A DNA stretch of 12,229 bases from NCBI GenBank assembly GCA_027491395.1, contig JAOZFI010000007.1:1-12229 (forward strand), given 5' to 3'. The notes below the pieces were generated by a model. That model searched no databases. It saw nothing but the letters and a program-made list of their open reading frames with translations, and had not been told where the DNA came from. Each line of letters opens with the position of its first letter. Position 1 is the stretch's first letter. This DNA is from Thermoproteota archaeon (GTDB taxonomy: Archaea > Korarchaeota > Korarchaeia > Korarchaeales > Korarchaeaceae). This document shows positions 5,625-12,229 of the stretch, one piece after another. Both the position numbers and the translations under genes were made by a program.

Positions 5625-6749
5625 TCAGTCCCTAGGATCCAACGATTTATCCAAGGGGATGGGGGGATCTTTCATGAGATACTCGTCGACCTTGTCTCTC
5701 ATCTCCTTCCTCCTAATCCGATGCTCCTCGATGAATGGAACCATCACCTCTATCGCCCTCTTCTTCGCCAGCTTACACCCCTCCTCCGGATCGTTGAAGC
5801 AGATCTCCCATATGGAGAAGAAAGACTCGTCGTCCGGGTCGAAGGCCCTCAGGTAGGACAGGGCCGGACACCTCCTCGGGGGACCGCAGACAGATCCCTC
5901 TATTTTTTCCCTAACCACCTCGGGCGGGTCGGTGAGGAAGATGGCAGACTCAGGGTACCTAGTTCCCATCTTGGGCTCGCCCTTGAGTCCAAGGAGGAAC
6001 TTGCTGTGAACCATTCCGGGCTTCCTGAGCCCCATCTTATCCGCTATGAGTACGGAAACCCTCATGAGTGGATCCTGATCCACCGCCATGGGTACGAGGG
6101 CGCGATAAGGTTCGTTCAACTCCATCTCCATCATGAGGGCGGGCATCGACTGAACTACAGAGTAGAAGGCAACCCCCACATTCCAAGAGTCGTCTATCTT
6201 CACTAAGTTCTTCAACTCGGACAGGGAGATCCTCTTAGCCAGTTTGAGTGAGAGGGGATAGAGCCATAAAGCTACCTGCGTGTCCCAGATTATGTGAGTC
6301 CTCTTCTCATCGAATCCCAGCGCGATAAAGTCTAAGGCGTTGTCCAAGGCGTACTTCCTCACCTGTTTCAGCCCGAGATCTGGCCTCAGGACGAACTTCT
6401 CGTCGTCCGATATCTGGAAGAAGAAGTGGAGGTCCAGTCTCTCCTGCATCCATTTCGCGAGGTTCACAGGTATGAGGTGGCCTATATGCATCGGGCCCGA
6501 TGCCCCTCGGCCGGTAAAGATGTAGACCTTTGCCCTGTCGTATTTGAGGTCTAGAAGAGCGAGCCTGAGGAAGCGGTGGGCGTAGAATATGCCCCTAGAT
6601 ATGAGATAGTGCTCCTCCCCGAAGACCTCTTGGAAGAGGTTCCTGACCTCGGTCGTCACGACATCCAGCTCGAATAAGGAGATCAGAGCGTTGTAGTCTA
6701 CTGTATCCCCACTTACCTCCCATGGTGTTATCCTGAAACCGGGAATCAT
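5625..6749 (-). CDS. trpS: Tryptophanyl-tRNA synthetase-like protein (archaeal/eukaryal type), divergent paralog
   Basis: TPWEV.G..VDY, RGIFYAHR, TGRGASGPMHIGH (HIGH at 6477-6488), QISDDEKF, AVDQDP, HSKFL. Start moved to ATG 6749, which lies 1 nt after the upstream stop with a GGTGGA SD; the ORF-track extension to 6803 overlaps the upstream gene. The KMSKS equivalent is KMGTR. Confidence 0.85.
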   Translation of the reverse strand: MIPGFRITPWEVSGDTVDYNALISLFELDVVTTEVRNLFQEVFGEEHYLISRGIFYAHRFLRLALLDLKYDRAKVYIFTGRGASGPMHIGHLIPVNLAKWMQERLDLHFFFQISDDEKFVLRPDLGLKQVRKYALDNALDFIALGFDEKRTHIIWDTQVALWLYPLSLKLAKRISLSELKNLVKIDDSWNVGVAFYSVVQSMPALMMEMELNEPYRALVPMAVDQDPLMRVSVLIADKMGLRKPGMVHSKFLLGLKGEPKMGTRYPESAIFLTDPPEVVREKIEGSVCGPPRRCPALSYLRAFDPDDESFFSIWEICFNDPEEGCKLAKKRAIEVMVPFIEEHRIRRKEMRDKVDEYLMKDPPIPLDKSLDPRD

Positions 6750-6750
6750 G

Positions 6751-7248
6751 TCATCCACCCAGTAAGATCCTCTCCAAGTCCGGAAAGCTGTACACATCCC
6801 CATCGGGATGGAACCTGAGGGTCCTGATCCTCGGATATCTCCTCCTGACCTTCTCCAGCATCTCCTCCTTGTCGTCCACGAAGACCGTCTCTTCTTCCCT
6901 CACTCCTCTGAGGGTGAAGTGATTCAGTATCTTCTCCATCATCCTGTCTTTCTCCGGGTGGGGCTCTACCATGAGAAGGTCGAAGTATCGATCGAGTTGA
7001 AAGGTCCTCAAGACGGCTATCGCCTTATCCGGCTCGTTCCAGCTGCAGGTGGACAGGTAAATCCCCTTATTTTTGGCCCTCTCCAGAAAGTCCCTGACCC
7101 CTTCCCTCAGAAAGACCTTATCGCCAGAGGCATCGACTAAGGTCCTCTCGTCGACCCTCCGGAGGGGGAGGGCGAGGGAGGTGGCATCGTGGTGATCCCA
7201 GAGCACCTGATCAAGGTCGAGAACTATCAGCTTCACCCTGTTCGGCAT
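6751..7248 (-). CDS. Magnesium-dependent phosphatase-1 (MDP-1)-like HAD phosphatase
   Basis: HAD motif I LIVLDLDQVLWD, motif II STCSWN, P.K and motif IV VFVDD. No cap domain. Confidence 0.88.
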   Translation of the reverse strand: MPNRVKLIVLDLDQVLWDHHDATSLALPLRRVDERTLVDASGDKVFLREGVRDFLERAKNKGIYLSTCSWNEPDKAIAVLRTFQLDRYFDLLMVEPHPEKDRMMEKILNHFTLRGVREEETVFVDDKEEMLEKVRRRYPRIRTLRFHPDGDVYSFPDLERILLGG

Positions 7249-8041
7249 CCTCTATACCCTCTACTTCCCCTCCCTCCTCGATCAGGAGATCCTTAAGCTT
7301 TTCCAGCGCTGCTTTCACAATCCTCTCGGCCTCACCCTCCTCCGGAGATGAAGCGGTGATGTTTATCTTCAGCACGGGCTTCCGGATCTCGTGGCCATGG
7401 GGGTGGCTCTTAATGTAGACCGGGAACTCCTTCATCACCCTCTCGATGAGAGGAGCGGCAGCCGATTCTGGCACACCTCTCACCACCAAGTCCTTGCTCA
7501 CGTAGTGGAGGGGAGGCGCCCTCTCCCTGATCAGGGGTTCGATCCTCTCGAATATGTCCTTCATCTCCTTGGGAACGCCGGGCAGTACTATTATTAGCGC
7601 TTCACCCTCCCTGACCAGGATGCCGGGGGCCGTTCCCACCTCGTTCTTTATTGGTTCGGCCCCTTCAGGCATCATAGCCATCTTCACCCTGTGCTCCGTC
7701 ATGGGGAGGTTCCTCTCCCTGTACTTCTCCTCCACCATTCTGAGTGCCTTCTCGTTCACCACATGCCTCCTCCCCAGCGCCTTGCTGAGGCACTCTGACG
7801 TCTTGTCATCGAACGTGGGGCCCAAGCCTCCCGTAGAGATCACTAGATCAGCTCCCCTGTTAAGAGCGGTCCTGAACGCCCATACTATGTCATTACAATC
7901 GTCCCTAACGGTTATCGCTGCCTTCACTAGGTATCCGTCTATGGTGAGCTTCCTCGCAAGCCAGCTTAGGTTCGTATTCACTATTCTGCCGTTCAGGAGT
8001 TCATTCCCAACAGAGATTATCCAAGCCTCTGGCAGTCTCAC
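7211..8041 (-). CDS. CinA-like molybdopterin-binding-fold protein (COG1058; ADP-ribose/nucleotide pyrophosphatase family), no PncC domain
   Basis: IISVGNELLNGRIVNTN, STGGLGPTFDDKT, KMA.MP.GA..I.N.VGTAPG, LPGVPKEM, YIKSHP. GTG start 7 nt after GGAGGTG. Confidence 0.9.
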   Translation of the reverse strand: MRLPEAWIISVGNELLNGRIVNTNLSWLARKLTIDGYLVKAAITVRDDCNDIVWAFRTALNRGADLVISTGGLGPTFDDKTSECLSKALGRRHVVNEKALRMVEEKYRERNLPMTEHRVKMAMMPEGAEPIKNEVGTAPGILVREGEALIIVLPGVPKEMKDIFERIEPLIRERAPPLHYVSKDLVVRGVPESAAAPLIERVMKEFPVYIKSHPHGHEIRKPVLKINITASSPEEGEAERIVKAALEKLKDLLIEEGGEVEGIEDAEQGEADSSRP

Positions 8042-8630
8042 TCATAAGCACCTCCTCAAGTCTGCGGATCCTCCCCTTCGACCTAGTCAGTAGTGAGTTG
8101 GCCCTCTCAACTATTAAGGGGATCGCATCCTCCCTGAAGATGTCAATACCGGACAGCCTCAAGGGAGCTTCCATCCTCTCAGTACCTATTGCCTCCAAAG
8201 TGATCCCGTCCTCAGATGAGGAGATTATCCCGGCCCTCTTGAAGCCCGCAGACCTCAGCAGGACCAGCAGATGGAAGGCCGCCTTCACGCTGCATACTGC
8301 TATGTGAAGTATAGGGGGGAGGACTGCCATCCATAGGGAGTCAGCCTCATTTTCTAGCGTCTCCATCAACTCTCCCAAAGTTATAGTAGAGTGCCACTTC
8401 CCCAAGGTCCTCATGCCGAACTTCTCTCCGGGTTCGCTAGCTGCGTACACCTGAATCCTACCGGAGCAGCTACTAGTGGTGAAGGCGTAATTAAGCGAGT
8501 TTATGGTGTTCAGCAGCGGGATTATGTCCTTGTCTACCCTCCTCGCCTCCATGTGCGATCTGAGCTCAGCTAGAGTGCTTTCCCTCCTCCTGACCCAGAG
8601 TTCCCTGTCCACCGACAATGTCATCTCCAC
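8001..8630 (-). CDS. taw3: tRNA wyosine-derivative methyltransferase Taw3 (TYW3 family)
   Basis: VDKDI..LL..IN....FTTSSCSGRI, KWH, PPILHI..C, GFK.AGI and ERMEAPL signature blocks. The start could be ATG 8624. Confidence 0.93.
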   Translation of the reverse strand: MEMTLSVDRELWVRRRESTLAELRSHMEARRVDKDIIPLLNTINSLNYAFTTSSCSGRIQVYAASEPGEKFGMRTLGKWHSTITLGELMETLENEADSLWMAVLPPILHIAVCSVKAAFHLLVLLRSAGFKRAGIISSSEDGITLEAIGTERMEAPLRLSGIDIFREDAIPLIVERANSLLTRSKGRIRRLEEVLMSETARGLDNLCWE

Positions 8631-8679
8631 GGGATTCCAAGCCTTCTACATTAAGGTCACTGCGGTGAGAAGCCCTAAA

Positions 8680-8688
8680 GTTATATTA
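8680..8688 (+). promoter_or_regulatory. Candidate TATA box for the 8717-10075 unit
   Basis: GTTATATTA preceded by AAA, about 30 nt upstream of ATG 8717, in the divergent intergenic gap. Confidence 0.5.
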
Positions 8689-8716
8689 TTTGTATCTCCC
8701 TACCCTTCGATCGAGG

Positions 8717-8977
8717 ATGAAGGAGAAACTCACGGGTTTCCTCATGATCTTGGTCTCTACCGTGGCGGCCGTGATATACACTTACCTGCTCCTCCTAGCG
8801 CCAGAGCCGATCCCGACCCTTACCCTGAAGGTGACCGTTCTCCTAATCGTATTGGTACTCCTAGTAGTTCTGGGATGGATCGGTTACGTGCTGCTCACTA
8901 CTGAATCGCCGGAGGATGTGGAAAAGCTCGTAAGGGAGCTTGAGGAGAAGGGTGAACTGGCCTCGGAGGGTGGTTGA
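8717..8977 (+). CDS. Small 2-TM conserved archaeal membrane protein with acidic tail (DPM2-like architecture)
   Basis: ATG 8717 preceded by GAGG. MKEKLTGFLMILVS...IYTYLL, LKVT...LGWIGYVLLTT..PE..E.L..ELEE. The stop abuts the next start. Confidence 0.75.
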   Translation: MKEKLTGFLMILVSTVAAVIYTYLLLLAPEPIPTLTLKVTVLLIVLVLLVVLGWIGYVLLTTESPEDVEKLVRELEEKGELASEGG

Positions 8978-10075
8978 GTGGAGTACTTGGCGAGATGCCC
9001 CTCCTGCGGTAGAGAGTATGATGACCCACTCAGGTTCAGGTGCGATTGTGGCTCTCCTCTCGATATCTCCGTACAGTTGAGAGAATTCAAGAGAGAGGAC
9101 GTGATGGATACCACCTCTATGTGGAGATACGTGAACTTCTTTCCGTATATAGAGAAACGGGATATTGTCACCTTAGGGGAGGGATGGACTCCCCTCCTGA
9201 GGTTTGAGGGCAATGTGTACGTTAAAATGGACTTCCTCAATCCCACCGGTTCTTTCAAGGATAGAGGGGCGTCGACCATCATCTCGGCCATTCTAAATAG
9301 AGTTAGAGGGCTCATAGCTGAGGACTCGTCTGGAAACGCCGGAGCTTCCATAGCAGCCTACGCCGCGAGAGCTGGGATTAAGGCGAGGATATACGTGCCA
9401 TCGAGCATCTCGGGTCGCAAGATAGATCAGATAAGGGCCTACGGTGCTGAGCTGATTAGAGTCGAGGGGAGCAGAGAGAAGGTATCGGAGGAGGCGATGA
9501 GGCCCGAGAAGGGGAAGGTCTACGTGGGTCATGCGTGGCACCCCATCTTCAGGGACGGGATGAGGACCCTTGCCTATGAGATAGTGGAGCAACTCGGCTG
9601 GACCCCACCAGACAGGATATACATCCCGGTATCTTCGGGAACCGGTCTTTTGGGGATTCTAGAGGGATTCAAGCATCTGAGTGGTCCTTTTCCGGAGTTG
9701 ATAGCCTGTCAGACCGAGGTAGTGTCACCGCTCTATCATAGGTTCAGGGGCGAGCCATACACCCCTCCTGAGAGGCTGGAGACTGTAGCGGATGCCCTAA
9801 TCGTGACCAAGCCTCCCCTGCTGGGTCTCATGGTGGAGAAGCTGCGGATGGTGGGAGGGTCCGTCGAGGTAGTGGGTGAGGAGGAGATAGCCGATGCCTT
9901 CCACCAACTGGCTGCAAGGGGAATATTCGTGGAGCCGACCTCAGCTGTTCCCCTCGCCTGCTACAAGAAGCAGGTTGAGGTGGGAGAGGTGGATCGGGGA
10001 GATAGAGTCGTCCTCTTACTCACCGGTTCTGGGCTGAAGATGAAGCCTAGCATCATTAAACGGTTATTGTCATAG
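8978..10075 (+). CDS. thrC: Threonine synthase-family PLP enzyme (fold type II)
   Basis: N-terminal CPSCG...CDCG zinc ribbon, SMWRY, TLGEGWTPL, NPTGSFKDRG (PLP Lys), DSSGNAGASIAAYAARAG, EPTSA, LTGSGLK. Exact substrate cannot be proven from sequence. Confidence 0.85.
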   Translation: MEYLARCPSCGREYDDPLRFRCDCGSPLDISVQLREFKREDVMDTTSMWRYVNFFPYIEKRDIVTLGEGWTPLLRFEGNVYVKMDFLNPTGSFKDRGASTIISAILNRVRGLIAEDSSGNAGASIAAYAARAGIKARIYVPSSISGRKIDQIRAYGAELIRVEGSREKVSEEAMRPEKGKVYVGHAWHPIFRDGMRTLAYEIVEQLGWTPPDRIYIPVSSGTGLLGILEGFKHLSGPFPELIACQTEVVSPLYHRFRGEPYTPPERLETVADALIVTKPPLLGLMVEKLRMVGGSVEVVGEEEIADAFHQLAARGIFVEPTSAVPLACYKKQVEVGEVDRGDRVVLLLTGSGLKMKPSIIKRLLS

Positions 10076-10144
10076 AAGGGGTTGAATCTCTTGGGGATCT
10101 CGGTAGAAACCTCCCTAGAAGGAAGAGGGGGCCTTCACCCCACA

Positions 10145-11071
10145 TCAGCGTGAGCTCATCAGCTTTCTGATCCTCTGAAGTATCCTAAACCTCTCCTCTC
10201 TCCTTCTGTCTGCCTCCGGATCGCCGCCTTCCATGGGCAGGATCCTCCTAGGTCCCTCCTCGCCCATGGCCACGAAGACCATGTAAGAGGTGGTTGCGTG
10301 TCTCACTCCATCGGGCTTCTCCACCAGTGTTTTCACCGAGATCTCCATGGATGTGTTCCATACCTTGGTGATCTTGGAGTAGAAGTGGATGACATCTCCC
10401 TTCCTCATGGGGGTGTAGAAGGCTAGCCTGTCCAGGCAGGCAGTGACTGCTGGGCCCCTAGAGTACTTTAGAGCGGTTATGGATCCCACCTCATCCAAGA
10501 GGAACAGGAGGTACCCCGCGTACATTAGGTCCGCGTTCACCAGATGCTCCTCCCTGACTAAAGTGCTCGAGATCAGTTCGTAGCCCTCCACATTCACATC
10601 CTGACCCTTCTGCCTCCTGTCAGCTATCCTCTCCTTGACGTTTTCATAGAACCGCCTCCCCATCTCAGTCCCTATTATGCCTACTGGAAGCTCTCTGGGC
10701 CTCCCCTCACCATCCACCGCCACATAGGAGAGCATTGAGAAGGTCGCTGGCTTCCTCTCACCAGATTTTGGATTCTCAGCCCACACCTCCACGCTCACGA
10801 TGATGCTATGCTTGGAGGTATATTCGGCCCTAGCCCTGTAGATGGCCAGCTCCCCGGGCATTATCGGGGAGAGGAAATGGAGATCATCCACATATCCTAG
10901 GACAGCTGGTCCCCTAGCGAGCCTCACGGCAACGGTTGATGCGGCATCTACTATCCATCTCATCATCCAGCCACCGTAAAGGGTTCCGTAAGCGTTGAGA
11001 TGGGCACTCCTTACGAAGCGAATGAACTCCATCTCCGTGTCTTCGGGTCGGAGGTGCATGTGATCCCCCAT
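10145..11071 (-). CDS. Acyl-CoA thioesterase with tandem hotdog domains (YciA/ACOT-like)
   Basis: Two repeats: [14 protein letters not shown]...FLSPI..G...SI.V.VEV...YVAVD..GRP and MYAGYLL..LDEVG...AVTA.LD...F..P...GD...NTSMEI...VFVA. Confidence 0.9.
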   Translation of the reverse strand: MGDHMHLRPEDTEMEFIRFVRSAHLNAYGTLYGGWMMRWIVDAASTVAVRLARGPAVLGYVDDLHFLSPIMPGELAIYRARAEYTSKHSIIVSVEVWAENPKSGERKPATFSMLSYVAVDGEGRPRELPVGIIGTEMGRRFYENVKERIADRRQKGQDVNVEGYELISSTLVREEHLVNADLMYAGYLLFLLDEVGSITALKYSRGPAVTACLDRLAFYTPMRKGDVIHFYSKITKVWNTSMEISVKTLVEKPDGVRHATTSYMVFVAMGEEGPRRILPMEGGDPEADRRREERFRILQRIRKLMSSR

Positions 11072-11145
11072 TCAATGGAGACTGGGCCTTAAAAGTACAC
11101 GGAAATCACAATATTGAAGGACCCTCCTATTTCGCGGGTGTCGCC

Positions 11146-12229
11146 TTGAAGGTCAGTACCGTGGAGGAGATGAGGGTCCTCGATTCCACCGCCATGGAGA
11201 GGTACGGGATCGATCAGGACCTCCTCATGGAGAATGCGGGGAACGCGCTCTTCTTCGTTATAGAGAGGGAGTTCGGAGTCAGGGGTAAGAGGTTCGCGGT
11301 CGTCGCCGGCTCAGGGAATAACGGTGGAGATGCTCTCGTGGTGGCTAGGAAGCTTCACTCCAACGGTGGCCAAGTTAGGATCTACTTGGTGGGAGATCCA
11401 GCTAAGTTCATGGGCTCCGCCAAGAAGAACTACGAGATCGCGGAGAAGATAGGTTTGGAGATGCATAAAGTCAGAGACGAGGGCATCGATTCCCTCGTCG
11501 AGGGGTTGGAGTGGTCAGATGCGGTGATAGACGGTATCTTCGGCACCGGCTTGGCTAGGGAAGTTGGGGGGATATACAGGGAGGCGATCCAGGCTATAAA
11601 CTCCTCGGGAAAGGTGGTGTTCGCCGTAGACATCCCCTCAGGTATAGGGGGAGACGACGGGAAGGTCTACGGGGTTGCGGTTAAGGCTGATTACACAGTC
11701 ACCTTCGGTCTACCCAAGCTCGGTAATGTGCTTTACCCAGGTTACGACCACTGCGGCAGGCTCTATGTGTGCCACATATCCTTTCCCCCGGAGATGTATT
11801 CCCAACTTAAGACAGAGCTGAACGATCCCCTACCCTTACCGGAGAGGGTGAAGTGGGGACACAAGGGTACCTTCGGGAAGCTACTGACCGTAGCTGGCGC
11901 CAGAAATTACTACGGAGCTCCCTATTTCACGGCACTATCGTTCATGAAGGCAGGGGGTGGCTACTCTAGGCTCGCAGCTCCCGAGTCCATAATACCCCAC
12001 ATCGCCTCAAAAGCCAGCGAGGTCGTGTACATCCCCCTGAAGGAGACCAGAGCCGGGTCCATCTCCATGGAGAACGAGGACTATATACTGGAGGTCATAG
12101 AGAGGTATGACATAGATGTGGTGGCGCTCGGCCCGGGCACCTCCCTGAACGAGGAGACCCAGAAGCTGATAAGGAAGCTGGCGTCGCGCATAGACAGACC
12201 TGTCATAATAGACGGGGACGGACTCACAG
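11146..12229 (+). CDS. nnr: Bifunctional NAD(P)H-hydrate epimerase/dehydratase (NnrE-NnrD fusion), 3' end runs off the window; not in the ORF track
   Basis: TTG start after [18 protein letters not shown]...LLMENAG...[15 protein letters not shown]...VIDGIFGTG...AVDIPSG...ADYTVTF (YjeF_N), then [19 protein letters not shown]...ALGPG...IIDGDGL (carbohydrate kinase-like NnrD). Frame is open to the window end. Confidence 0.95.
   Translation, partial: MKVSTVEEMRVLDSTAMERYGIDQDLLMENAGNALFFVIEREFGVRGKRFAVVAGSGNNGGDALVVARKLHSNGGQVRIYLVGDPAKFMGSAKKNYEIAEKIGLEMHKVRDEGIDSLVEGLEWSDAVIDGIFGTGLAREVGGIYREAIQAINSSGKVVFAVDIPSGIGGDDGKVYGVAVKADYTVTFGLPKLGNVLYPGYDHCGRLYVCHISFPPEMYSQLKTELNDPLPLPERVKWGHKGTFGKLLTVAGARNYYGAPYFTALSFMKAGGGYSRLAAPESIIPHIASKASEVVYIPLKETRAGSISMENEDYILEVIERYDIDVVALGPGTSLNEETQKLIRKLASRIDRPVIIDGDGLT

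Noticed and set aside
6750-6803. N-terminal extension of TrpRS given in the ORF track
   Set aside because: It lies inside the upstream phosphatase gene. ATG 6749 has an SD and gives the expected TPWEV N-terminus.
5383-8904. Plus-strand ORFs such as 5604-6206, 6808-7140, 7554-8093 and 8503-8904
   Set aside because: Overlap well-supported minus-strand genes and show no recognisable family features.
8884-11633. Minus-strand ORFs 8884-9351, 9293-9592 and 11430-11633
   Set aside because: Antisense to thrC and nnr.
7211-12229. NAD-maintenance cluster (COG1058 plus nnr)
   Set aside because: The genes are 3 kb apart in different transcription units with unrelated genes between. Both are common housekeeping genes.

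Overview
Archaeal chromosomal window, probably from a thermophile (ATP-dependent DNA ligase, Taw3, PAC2-family protein, GGAGGTG ribosome-binding sites, frequent AGG/ATA codons; a Korarchaeota-like origin is plausible but is only inference). The left ~2.7 kb is an AT-richer accessory segment. It holds a hicB-hicA toxin-antitoxin pair (hicA runs off the window edge) and two tandem, highly diverged membrane-protein genes. These two genes share near-identical 5' and 3' flanking DNA and are bracketed by two copies of a ~24-bp palindromic site. The rest is housekeeping: lig, hsp20, PAC2-family, an unusually divergent TrpRS, MDP-1 HAD phosphatase, CinA-like (COG1058) and taw3 on the minus strand, then a small 2-TM protein, a ThrC-family enzyme, a double-hotdog thioesterase and a partial bifunctional NAD(P)HX repair enzyme. 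The two best leads are the cassette-like membrane-gene module and the TrpRS paralog with a degenerate KMSKS loop and a Cys-rich, remodelled anticodon domain. All calls come from motif reading by eye; no searches were run.
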